Source of the DNA: Oligoflexales bacterium
GTDB lineage: Bacteria; Bdellovibrionota_B; Oligoflexia; Oligoflexales; RGVZ01
NCBI GenBank assembly: GCA_947476525.1
Contig: CANJQY010000001.1
Span: 1 to 60,434 of the forward strand
Reading direction: 5' to 3'
DNA length: 60,434 nucleotides
Shown here piece by piece: positions 40,647-48,905 of this stretch. Position 1 is the stretch's first letter. Each line of letters opens with the position of its first letter. The notes under the pieces were generated by a model. That model worked only from the letters and a program-made list of their open reading frames with translations. It was not told the DNA's origin and did no database searches. A program made the position numbers and the translations under genes.

Positions 40647-40723
40647 GAATTAAATCCAATGCTTGGAAAGTTAAACGGTGACGTGTATTACCGCTTTATT
40701 ATGTTGCTAATATCTCGGCTTTT

Positions 40724-40960
40724 TTAATTGCCACGTAACGCCTGTTTGATCCAGTGTCTATCCGGATTTAATATCGCATTGATGCCGACAAGTTGCCTTG
40801 TTTGAAGATCGACGATTGATCGACAATACAGTATACAAGCAAAAGTTTGACCTAGAACGCGCATAGCGAATTTCAGCAACAAACGAAGTTTTTTGACATG
40901 CTCATCCGTAAAGCGACTCATACCAGAGTGAAATAAAATCGTCAATGAAATCATAAACAT
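40724..40960 (-). pseudogene. IS3-family transposase fragment (integrase-core remnant)
   Basis: FACILYCRSIVDLQTRQLVGINAILNPDRHWIKQALR resembles the rve-domain block YLavvxDLfSRkvVGw...lvxxAL. It is only ~45 aa of a ~280-aa domain. Confidence 0.4.
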
Positions 40961-40997
40961 TGGTTATTGCGGCACTACACCTGGACCGGCACCCACC

Positions 40998-41025
40998 TTG
41001 ACTTCCATTTCGATAATGCTATTAT
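40998..41025 (+). promoter_or_regulatory. candidate sigma-70 promoter for the AAA ATPase gene
   Basis: TTGACT, a 16-nt spacer, then TATTAT, about 50 nt upstream of the ATG at 41077. Confidence 0.4.
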
Positions 41026-41076
41026 AAAATTGGCAGCGAAAATTACAATAGCATTATGAAAGTGGAGGATCGACGT

Positions 41077-42252
41077 ATGACTGAATTCAAAAGATATCTC
41101 CAGATGCCTGAGGACTCGTTTCTTTTGATGGGACCGCGTGGTACGGGTAAATCGACATGGATTGAAGCCAATGTACCCTCGTCACTTACTATTGATTTGT
41201 TAGAAAGCGACCGTTACTTGGAGCTTTCATCCAAGCCCGCCATTTTGCGCCAACTTGCTTCCCCACTGAAACAAGGTGACTGGATTGTCATTGATGAAAT
41301 TCAGAAGATTCCGGGGCTGCTAGATGAGGTTCATTGGCTTTATCAGAAAAAAAAATTGCGCTTTGCGATCACAGGATCAAGCGCTCGAAAACTTAAAAAG
41401 TCTCAAGCAAATTTATTGGCAGGTAGATTATTAGATATAAAGTTTTTTCCGCTGGTTTATCCAGAATTTGGTGATGGTTTTGACTTGTCTGATTGTCTCA
41501 ATTTTGGCTGTTTACCCGGCTTAGCGTCGTCATACAAGAAATCTGTAGGCATGCTATCTAGTTATTTATCCACATACATTCGACAAGAATTACTCGAAGA
41601 AGCCATTATTCGCAAACTGGATCCCTTTCGGCGATTTATTGATGCAGTGGGCACAATCAATGGACAACTGTTAAATAAGGAAAATATTGCTCGGGAAAGC
41701 GGTGTGAAGAGACCAACTATCGATCACTATTTCAGTATTCTTGAGGATACATTGATGGGTGGGTATTTGGAGGCTTATTGTCCCGGATATAAATCCAAGG
41801 AAGTTACCCATCCAAAATTCTATCTTTTTGATACAGGGGTGGTTCGGGCCTGTGCAGGGCTTCTTAACCAAGGCCTGGAATCAGAATATCTGGGATTTAT
41901 GTTTGAAACATTCATCTTGGCGCAGATCCGTGCATTCTTAAGCTACAACTTTAAGTATTTCCCTCTTTATCACTATTCAATTAGCGGGAGTTATGACATT
42001 GATTTTGTGGTTATGACAAAAAAGCCCGTCATGGCAAAAAAGGGAAGTTTTGTTAATATTGACGTCAAATATGGATCAAAGTTTCGTCCCGACTGGCTCA
42101 AGGGTTTAAAGGATTTTAAAGCTGTTGCGCACAAACAAGACGTATCTTCACACATTGTCTATACAGGTAGGGATCTTATGAAATTGGATGACATTACTGT
42201 CTGGCCAGTTGCCCAGTTTTTGCAAGCATTATTTGAAGGTAATATTCTTTAA
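41077..42252 (+). CDS. AAA+ ATPase (AAA_14 + DUF4143 type)
   Basis: Walker A GPRGTGKST, Walker B WIVIDEIQKI, and a C-terminal region like DUF4143 family proteins. Start moved to the ATG at 41077 with GGAGGA 7 nt upstream. Confidence 0.75.
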   Translation: MTEFKRYLQMPEDSFLLMGPRGTGKSTWIEANVPSSLTIDLLESDRYLELSSKPAILRQLASPLKQGDWIVIDEIQKIPGLLDEVHWLYQKKKLRFAITGSSARKLKKSQANLLAGRLLDIKFFPLVYPEFGDGFDLSDCLNFGCLPGLASSYKKSVGMLSSYLSTYIRQELLEEAIIRKLDPFRRFIDAVGTINGQLLNKENIARESGVKRPTIDHYFSILEDTLMGGYLEAYCPGYKSKEVTHPKFYLFDTGVVRACAGLLNQGLESEYLGFMFETFILAQIRAFLSYNFKYFPLYHYSISGSYDIDFVVMTKKPVMAKKGSFVNIDVKYGSKFRPDWLKGLKDFKAVAHKQDVSSHIVYTGRDLMKLDDITVWPVAQFLQALFEGNIL

Positions 42253-42284
42253 ATGCCCAAAGAATTCGCGGTTGGGACACTGTA

Positions 42285-42359
42285 GTACCGCACTATTAAG
42301 CAGCCCAGATGCGTAACAAGACTTTCGGGAAATTGGTCGGCCACCATTGGCCGCACTAT
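42285..42359 (-). repeat. structured repeat element, copy A (partner at 45560-45619)
   Basis: The minus strand reads ATAGTGCGGCCAATGGTGGCCGACCAATTTCCCGAAAGTCTTGTTACGCATCTG...CGGTAC. The 20-mer TGGCCGACCAATTTCCCGAA (42324-42343) is identical in copy B. Hairpin GGCCA-N4-TGGCC. Confidence 0.8.
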
Positions 42360-42437
42360 GCAACCGTCTAATATCGATAGCTGTTGAAGCTCGCTCTCCA
42401 GTATGCCGATAGCCAGTGGGAACGCCCCCACTGAGGA

Positions 42438-43046
42438 TTGACATTATCGATCGACTGGAGTCGCCTCCCTGAGGGCGAGGCCAAGCAAAAACTCATCAAG
42501 GTTGTCGACAACTCCTCAACCGAAATTCCGCTGGGACTTTGTCTTAAAGAAATTGGGCTCTCTACTTCTAGGTACTACCCTTGGCGAAAACTTGAGGGTA
42601 AACAGTGCGGCCATCATTGGCCGACTAAATTCCCAAATGTCCTGTTACGCACCTGCGTTAAATCCCGTATCATTTCACAATTTCAAAAGAAGAATCCAAA
42701 AGCCTTGGTGGTATTTGTCGATCTTATGGGTGTAAAGACACTTGATCAAATCAGTGCACGATTCCAGTCTGCATTTGAACGCAGCATATCGCAACTAAAT
42801 CCGACGACAACTTTTCTTAAAAAACTCGGGCAATCAATTCGCAATCTGCGCCCAACAATGGGTATCGATTCTCTCACAGGACAGCCAGAATTTTCACTCG
42901 GCGTGGAACCGAATCACGCTCCTATTCCTTTTTCTGCTATTATCAAAGAGATCGGCAACTATCACAAGGAGCATTGTGGCTTATTAGTCATTGACGAGTT
43001 TCAAGACGTTCATAGAGTCTGTTACCGGTCAATACCATTGACATAG
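42438..43046 (+). pseudogene. composite remnant: IS3-type transposase HTH fragment followed by a fragmented ATPase (Arch_ATPase-like) gene
   Basis: LCLKEIGLSTSRYYPWRK resembles the IS3 OrfB N-terminal block (LGxSRsxYYxW). Further on, CGLLVIDEFQDV is a Walker-B-like block with no Walker A before it. Downstream frames to ~43400 are full of stops. Confidence 0.4.
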
Positions 43047-43529
43047 AATCATCTTCTTCGTTTCATCTCAAATGGCAGATAGAATCTCAGCTCTTGAGGT
43101 TGAGTTCGGGAGTCTTCGGAATTGGACTGGAAATCCAAAAATAGCGAGTGTTTTTTTGACCAACAGGTATTCGGCCCCAAGTTCACTAAGCTGAGACTTT
43201 AAGAGGACATTCTCTTGTAGAAGTTTTGTGTCGCTGAAATCCAATTCTGGAATTGAAAAATAGTTTAACGGCCCGCAAATTTTCCACTGTTTTAGCGTAG
43301 ATTTTGGGATGCCCAGCTTGTAAAAATGGCGTGTTGGTTAGACGCAGGGCGTGATTGCTTTCGGAGACAAGCAAGAATAGTTGGGGAAAGTGTATAATGT
43401 GTGTTGCGACTACACCCTAAAATTTGGGTGAATTAAGTTGCGTTCGTTGCGGCTAACTTGTAAAATTTTGGAAGTGGCTGAAATCGTTTACCATGTCAAA
43501 GTTATGGCTGAATAAAATTGGAGAATAAA

Positions 43530-44135
43530 ATGAGCAAAAGTCCCAAAGTCACGTCTCAGGACAGCGCCCCTTCAACCTCGAACATGAGTCCAATGCTCAC
43601 TTTTTTTCTTGGATTCTTTGTAGGCCTCGTTCTTGCGCTCGTTGGCGCTGATAAATGGGCGACCATCGTTCAAAAAACGGCTGCAAACAAAGCTGAGCAA
43701 ATTGTCCTTGAGCCCTCCCACGCAGAACCACCCGTGACGACGTCCATCACTCCCACAGCACCGGTAGCCGAGACCAAGTCTGACGAGGAACGTCCAGATC
43801 ACGACATGGAAATTACAAAAGCGATGCGTGACCGAATGATCACCATAGATTTCCTAGATCTTCTACAGGATGCAGATTTGCACCGCTATCGCCACGAAGG
43901 CGAAACCAAAGGCGTCATATTAGCCAAGATAAGAACGGGCTCAATCTACGATAAGGCCGGCTTTAAAGACGGCGACATTATCGAACAAATCAACGGAATA
44001 GCGGTGGCCGACATCGCCAAGAAACCTTCCAAAATGAAGCATGACCTGCCAGCCGCAGATCGCCTTGTGTTCATCGTTAGGCGAAACGACAAAATCATAA
44101 AACTTCAAATCAGGGTGGCCGGGGGGATCAATTAA
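43530..44135 (+). CDS. membrane-anchored PDZ-domain protein (GspC-like architecture)
   Basis: A single TM segment (MLTFFLGFFVGLVLALVG) and a C-terminal PDZ-like block (GVILAKIRTGSIYDKAGFKDGDIIEQINGIAV). ATG at 43530 with GGAG 6 nt upstream. Confidence 0.65.
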   Translation: MSKSPKVTSQDSAPSTSNMSPMLTFFLGFFVGLVLALVGADKWATIVQKTAANKAEQIVLEPSHAEPPVTTSITPTAPVAETKSDEERPDHDMEITKAMRDRMITIDFLDLLQDADLHRYRHEGETKGVILAKIRTGSIYDKAGFKDGDIIEQINGIAVADIAKKPSKMKHDLPAADRLVFIVRRNDKIIKLQIRVAGGIN

Positions 44136-44253
44136 TACACATTCGTACCAACGTTGAAAATAATAGTCAGCATTTATTCGTTTTTCCGCTAACATCGAGT
44201 TGGATTTTTGTTTAGCTTTTTGGCACGGAATCACACTTCGAAGGAGATACAAC

Positions 44254-44943
44254 ATGGAATTTAACGGCAATTTTTATTTTTTTATGCGCTGGATGCATTA
44301 CTTTTTTGGAATTATATGGATCGGTCATCTTTATTATTTCAACTTTACTCAGGCTCCATTTTTCGCTGAGACTGACGCGACGACAAAGTCGAACGCCATT
44401 CAAAAGCTTTTGCCTCGGGCCCTTTGGTGGTTCCGATGGGGCGCCATGTTTACGTTTATCACCGGTTTCATCATGCTTTCCATTTGGGGAAGTAGTGTCG
44501 GACCTGATGCACTCAAGACGTCATTTGGCCTATGTATTTCTATTGGCGCCCTACTCGGCACGTTGATGTTCCTAAATGTTTGGCTTGTCATTTGGCCAGC
44601 GCAGCAGGTTGTTATTGAATCCACAACCAATGTTTCGCAAGGCAAGCCTGCGCTTCCAAACGCGGCGGCACGCGGTGCGGCTGCATTGTTGGCGTCTCGT
44701 ACCAACGTTTTATTCTCGTTGCCAATGCTGTTTTTCATGGGCGCCGGGTCGCACCTTGCACTTCCTGCAGCAACCAGCGGCGACTACACATCTGCCCTCT
44801 TCGCAGCCACAGGAATCATAGGTCTACTTGAAGTCAACGCGATCAAAGGAAAAATAGGCCCGATGGCAACCGTTAAAGGTGTCATTCATTTCGGGGTAGC
44901 ACTAACCGTGGTCCTCTTTGCAATTATATGGATGCTCGCTTAA
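44254..44943 (+). CDS. polytopic membrane protein, reminiscent of the membrane domain of cytochrome-c urate hydroxylase PuuD
   Basis: The N-terminal MRWMHYFFGIIWIGHLYYFNF resembles the RWxHxxxGIxWIGxxxYF block I recall for that family. 5-6 TM segments. AGGAG RBS before the ATG at 44254. The assignment is from memory only. Confidence 0.35.
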   Translation: MEFNGNFYFFMRWMHYFFGIIWIGHLYYFNFTQAPFFAETDATTKSNAIQKLLPRALWWFRWGAMFTFITGFIMLSIWGSSVGPDALKTSFGLCISIGALLGTLMFLNVWLVIWPAQQVVIESTTNVSQGKPALPNAAARGAAALLASRTNVLFSLPMLFFMGAGSHLALPAATSGDYTSALFAATGIIGLLEVNAIKGKIGPMATVKGVIHFGVALTVVLFAIIWMLA

Positions 44944-44988
44944 TCCATCTGTCTGATAATCCATCTCTCTGATAATCCACCTCTCTGA
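44941..44988. repeat. 16-bp tandem repeat x3 (TAATCCAYCTSTCTGA)
   Basis: TAATCCATCTGTCTGA / TAATCCATCTCTCTGA / TAATCCACCTCTCTGA. It starts at the TAA stop of the upstream gene and ends 1 nt before the ATG at 44990. Confidence 0.9.
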
Positions 44989-44989
44989 A

Positions 44990-45397
44990 ATGGACGCAAC
45001 AGTGAATACGTTTTTTAATTTGACCATTGCAATCCTCGTGGTGAGTTCTCTCACCGCGGGGTGCCGTTGTGGATCTGATACCTCCGCCCCTCCCCGCAAT
45101 TCTTCCAGCAGCTCTTCCTCTGCTGAGATCAGTGACAATCCAGAATCAAAATTATTGGCCAGGGGTAAACTTGTTTACTCCAATAATTGCATCTCCTGCC
45201 ATAATAGAGACCCTAAACTTCCTGGTAGCCTTGGGCCCGAAATATTTGGCTCGACATCCGAGCTGCTCACGGCTCGAATCCTCCGCGCCGAATATCCTGC
45301 CGGATACACTCCAAAGCGCCAAAGCCACGCCATGCCGGCGCTACCGCACCTGGCAGCTGACATAGATGCCTTGACGGCTTACTTAAACAAAAACTAG
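44990..45397 (+). CDS. class I c-type cytochrome lipoprotein
   Basis: Signal peptide with Cys (LVVSSLTAGC), haem motif CISCH, and a distal Met candidate (SHAMPALP). Confidence 0.8.
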   Translation: MDATVNTFFNLTIAILVVSSLTAGCRCGSDTSAPPRNSSSSSSSAEISDNPESKLLARGKLVYSNNCISCHNRDPKLPGSLGPEIFGSTSELLTARILRAEYPAGYTPKRQSHAMPALPHLAADIDALTAYLNKN

Positions 45398-45559
45398 ATC
45401 ATTGGCTAAAGAATTCAGTTGCATGTAGTCGAAACTCAAATCTTTTTCCAGAACTGGCCATTCCCATAGAACTAGGACAAATAGAAGGGGCTCCCCATCT
45501 AGCCTAAATAAAGTGCGCCCATTATTCAACTCTCATTGACAACAGGAAGGGAGGGGGAA

Positions 45560-45619
45560 ATAGTGAGGCCATCTTTGGCCGACCAATTTCCCGAATGTTT
45601 TGGTTTGCATCTGCGGTAC
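45560..45619 (+). repeat. structured repeat element, copy B (partner at 42285-42359)
   Basis: ATAGTGAGGCCATCTTTGGCCGACCAATTTCCCGAATGTTTTGGTTTGCATCTGCGGTAC. The identical 20-mer lies at 45576-45595. The hairpin stem GGCCA/TGGCC is kept while the loop differs. Confidence 0.8.
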
Positions 45620-45634
45620 AGTTTTTCTAAAACG

Positions 45635-48247
45635 CTAGTTGCACGCACAGTACCGCCTGTTCGTTGCAAAAGACGCTGCGTCAGTCGTCACAAAGGCAGA
45701 GCATCTGTTATAGGTGGTGCTAAGCCCATCGTAGCTACAGCCCAATCCAGCCGTGGCGCACTCTCCTGTTCCGGTCGTCAGAGTAACGTTTATACTATCT
45801 AGGGTGTCTATCACCAACTTACAGTTAGCGTCAGATCCAGTGGATCCGGCGTAACTGATTGTGGCCGCATTCGACGACAATCCTAGGATCGCACATTTAC
45901 CGGCACAACTTTGCAGCACACTTGTCTTCGCCCAACAATAACCACCTACTGCGGTCGTTCCTGCGGGGCAAGATGGGCCCGTATCTGTGATGGCGACGCT
46001 TACCCCAGTGGCCATCTCGCCATCAGCATTTTTCGTACGCACAAGAAGGTGCGTGGCTGTCGGTCCGGTGGGAATGGCTGTGTCAGCAGAAAAGGAATGG
46101 GTTACGTTTGACCCGGTGATAGCGATATTGGCAATCGGCGTCCCAGTTTGTTTCGCAGTGGTGCTAGAGCCCCAGTATAATACGTAGTGCGTGACATCCG
46201 TCTCGGAGGCTGCTTTTGTGATGTTTACTGTGCCGCCAATTTCCCAAGTAGTGGTATCTGTATCAGTAAACGTGATGCCCGCTGAGGCATTGACAGGCAC
46301 ACCAACATCGACAATCGCAACGTTGATTCCGGTGGCCATTTCACCGTCGGCGTTTTTGGTATAAACAAGTAAATGGGTTGCTGCGGGCCCTGTAGGAATG
46401 CTCGTGTTGGCGGAAATGGACTGGGTTACGTTTGACCCCGTGATAGCGATATTGGCAATCGGCGTCCCACTTTGTTTCGCAGTAGTGCTAGAGCCCCAGT
46501 ACAATACGTAGTGCGTGACATCCGTCTCGGAGGCTGCTTTTGTAATATTTACAGTGCCACCAACCTGTCCTCCATCTGTATCCGTATCGGTAAATGACAT
46601 GCTGGTTGCTGCGTTTACCGGGACTCCTACATCTGTAATGGCCACAAAAACGCCCGTAGTCATTTCTCCTCCAGCGTTCTTAGTATAGACCAGTAAATGG
46701 GTTGCAGTCGGACTTGTGGGAATAGTGGTATTCGCAGAAATAGACTGGGAAACGTCCCCCCCTGTGACGATAATATTAGCAATAGGAGTCGAATTCTGTT
46801 TGGTTGTTGAGTTTGACCCCCAGTATAGTACGTAATGGGTTACGTCAGCCTCTGAAGCTGCTTTCGTTATGTTAACTATGCCCGCAATTTGCCCTCCGTC
46901 CACATCGGTATCGGTAAATGTGACGCTAGCAGCAGCATTCAATGGAACTCCGAGGTCGACGATTAGAAGTGAGATTCCAGTAGCCATCTCGCCGTCGGCA
47001 TTTTTTGTGTAAACTAATAAGTGAGTGGCTGCTGGACCAGTTGGAATGTTTGTATTTGCCGATATGGTTGCTGAAATGTTCGAGCCAGTAGCGGCAACCG
47101 TTGAGATGGTGGTTGCGCTTTGCTTCGCAGAGGAACTACTCCCCCAGTATAGGACGTAGTGGGTGATATCAGATTCATTGCTAGATTTTGTGATGTTCAC
47201 AGTACCTGCAATTTGCCCCCCATCACTGTCTGTATCGGTAAAGCTCATGCTTACAGCCCCATTGACAGGTACGCCAGCATCGGCAATGAGTACGGCGGTG
47301 CCCGTGGACATTTCGCCATTTGCATTTACGGTATATATCAGAAGATGGGTGGCGGCGGGGGTGCTTGGAAGAATCGTGTTCGATGGAAAAGTGTAGGAAA
47401 GGTTACTGCCAGTTTTTGCGATTACCGAAATGGCCGTAGAACTTCCTTTCACGGTTGCGCTTGAACCCCAGTACAATGCATACGATACAAAATTAGATTC
47501 ATCACTAGCTTTCGAAATAGATACACTGCCGCTGATGTAGCCGCCGGTTGTATTTGTGTCTACAAAACCAAGACTGGCCGCAGCATTGAGTGGCAGGCCT
47601 TTTTCTGCGGCAACATTTCCGCCAGTGTTCAATGGTCTAAAATTTGAAGCCAAATAGGCCTCGGTTAATCCTGATGCCAAAATGACGGAAAAATTTCCTG
47701 ACTGAACATTCCCAATTGAAACATAAAGCTGCCCGGTGACCGCATGGGTTGCGATTGAAAGGTTGCTGTGCCCCACATAAAATACCGTAGTAGCCCCGTT
47801 TGTGGCTGTGACCAATACAATTGCCGCAGCATCGGGATCGAGGCTTGTATTTGATGAAACGTTTAAGACGACCCCTAGCGGCGACAGTGGCTCCGTTAAG
47901 GTTGAAGTCCCGGCCAAGAAAGATTTAAATTGCATAGGTCTATTCAAGACTGAGGACGAAGCACTGAGACCCGCTTCCGTAAGAAAATCTGCGGCCGAAA
48001 TTTCGCTTAGTGAGACGTCGGCATCCGGTGCAAAAGCGTTCGAAGGGATAGACACAGATCCGGTGGTCGTTTCTAGTGCTGTTGATTTTGTAGCGGAAGA
48101 AACTCCCGAGTCCGTCGTCTCAGTCGACTTTGATGTGGCGGCACCAGAAACGACTTTGACTTCAATTTTCCCACGGCAGTTAAGTGCACATAATGCTGCG
48201 AAGTAAATGATTTTGGGTAGTCTCACTCTTCCTCCGTCAGCGGCCAT
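45635..48247 (-). CDS. large secreted/surface repeat protein (5 x 108-aa tandem domains plus a 114-aa Cys-rich C-terminal domain)
   Basis: 870 aa. Hydrophobic N-terminus, then a Ser/Thr-rich region. Five repeats of the type GVPVNAAxSxxFTDTDxDGGQIAGTVNITKAASExDVTHYVLYWGSS...ATHLLVYTKNADGEMATG. The C-terminal domain has 10 Cys and ends in CACN. Confidence 0.8.
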   Translation of the reverse strand: MAADGGRVRLPKIIYFAALCALNCRGKIEVKVVSGAATSKSTETTDSGVSSATKSTALETTTGSVSIPSNAFAPDADVSLSEISAADFLTEAGLSASSSVLNRPMQFKSFLAGTSTLTEPLSPLGVVLNVSSNTSLDPDAAAIVLVTATNGATTVFYVGHSNLSIATHAVTGQLYVSIGNVQSGNFSVILASGLTEAYLASNFRPLNTGGNVAAEKGLPLNAAASLGFVDTNTTGGYISGSVSISKASDESNFVSYALYWGSSATVKGSSTAISVIAKTGSNLSYTFPSNTILPSTPAATHLLIYTVNANGEMSTGTAVLIADAGVPVNGAVSMSFTDTDSDGGQIAGTVNITKSSNESDITHYVLYWGSSSSAKQSATTISTVAATGSNISATISANTNIPTGPAATHLLVYTKNADGEMATGISLLIVDLGVPLNAAASVTFTDTDVDGGQIAGIVNITKAASEADVTHYVLYWGSNSTTKQNSTPIANIIVTGGDVSQSISANTTIPTSPTATHLLVYTKNAGGEMTTGVFVAITDVGVPVNAATSMSFTDTDTDGGQVGGTVNITKAASETDVTHYVLYWGSSTTAKQSGTPIANIAITGSNVTQSISANTSIPTGPAATHLLVYTKNADGEMATGINVAIVDVGVPVNASAGITFTDTDTTTWEIGGTVNITKAASETDVTHYVLYWGSSTTAKQTGTPIANIAITGSNVTHSFSADTAIPTGPTATHLLVRTKNADGEMATGVSVAITDTGPSCPAGTTAVGGYCWAKTSVLQSCAGKCAILGLSSNAATISYAGSTGSDANCKLVIDTLDSINVTLTTGTGECATAGLGCSYDGLSTTYNRCSAFVTTDAASFATNRRYCACN
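45980..47599 (-). repeat. 5 x 324-bp in-frame tandem repeat within the surface protein gene
   Basis: The 324-nt period was checked by aligning 46137-46235 with 46461-46559, which differ at only a few positions. The two promoter-distal units are the most similar. Confidence 0.85.
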
Positions 48248-48417
48248 AGTTCTCTTATACTTTAAATACCCATATTTCGTCGCATACAGTACTTCGGCTA
48301 TTGGGCGGAAATCTTTAACCCATTTTATAGGTTAGTCCATCTCGACTTGGTAAGAGCACCTACTAGTGGGTGTAAGTGTCCATATTCACTTGTATAATAA
48401 AATACGTCTTATGTTTG

Positions 48418-48705
48418 TTAGGAATCTATTCCTTTTTCATATTTATTCCTTTCAGTTGGGGTTGCTTTACGGGCAGAAATAAATCGAATTGTGGTCCCAG
48501 TCAAGCGTTCACAAAAGACAACCAAGACCAAGCGATTCCGTGTCGTATGACCAACTCGAATCAAACGATCCTCCGTATCACTATGCTCTGGATCAAAAAA
48601 TTCTGAAGAGTGAACATCTGCCCAGACGGTCTGAGCTTCTTCAAACCAAATCTTGTGATTTCGGTGGTTTGTCTTGTTTTTATTTTCATCCCACTAAAAT
48701 TTCAT
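48418..48705 (-). pseudogene. brnT: BrnT (DUF497) toxin gene with an in-frame TAG at codon 4
   Basis: My translation: MKF*WDENKNKTNHRNHKIWFEEAQTVWADVHSSEFFDPEHSDTEDRLIRVGHTTRNRLVLVVFCERLTGTTIRFISARKATPTERNKYEKGIDS. This matches the BrnT pattern (MKFEWDENKN..., ISARKAT..ER..Y). The TAG is at 48694-48696. It is not in the ORF track. Confidence 0.7.
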
Positions 48706-48794
48706 AAAACCGTGTGCGCTCTATTGTATGTACAATTGCAACTATTTTGAGATGGCCCTATGAACACCATTCCCGCCAAGCCTTGTTCGTTTAG

Positions 48795-48905
48795 GCCCTG
48801 CATCGGGAAATCTTGCTCTCAGAGGCACTTGTGCGCGAAAAGCAGATCAAAGGCAACTCAAAGACGCACCATCCATGCTGGGAGCGTCGGATAATTGGTG
48901 TCTGA
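48795..48905 (+). pseudogene. possible C-terminal remnant of a small GIY-YIG (UPF0213-type) nuclease gene
   Basis: The frame reads ...ALHREILLSEALVREKQIKGNSKTHH... EAxxREKQIKG resembles the conserved C-terminal block of this family. A stop lies immediately upstream and no N-terminal GIY-YIG part is visible. Confidence 0.25.

Noticed and set aside
42285-42359. Group II intron 5' end. The minus strand of copy A reads GTGCGGCCAATGGTGGCC, resembling the GUGYG-plus-hairpin start of bacterial group II introns.
   Set aside because: Copy B has GTGAG. There is no reverse-transcriptase ORF and no domain V-like sequence within several kb. Both copies run into neighbouring genes after less than 100 nt. 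I kept it only as a generic structured repeat.
42250-42380. An integron attC site behind a gene cassette.
   Set aside because: No RYYYAAC/GTTRRRY core pair could be placed, no intI gene is present, and the two element-bearing genes are on opposite strands rather than in a cassette array.
42229-42444. Minus-strand ORFs (71 and 60 aa) here, plus the 88-aa ORF at 45536-45802. They share the peptide IVRPxxADQFPE.
   Set aside because: The shared peptide is just the translation of the nucleotide repeat element. The ORFs have no starts with an RBS and overlap flanking genes, so the conservation is at the DNA/RNA level.
44219-44236. Sigma-54 promoter. TTGGCACGGAATCACAC lies upstream of the membrane-protein gene, and an NtrC-type regulator is present in the window.
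   Set aside because: The -24 element is perfect, but the -12 position reads CACA instead of TTGC, so the obligatory GC is missing. Other TGGCAC hits (14222, 15627, 34437, 39145) are intragenic and also lack a correctly spaced GC.
45635-48247. Diversity-generating retroelement target. The gene encodes a repeat-rich surface protein with a repeat element just 3' of it.
   Set aside because: No reverse transcriptase and no template repeat matching the 3' coding end are present. The nearby repeat lies outside the CDS, and its differences are not adenine-specific.
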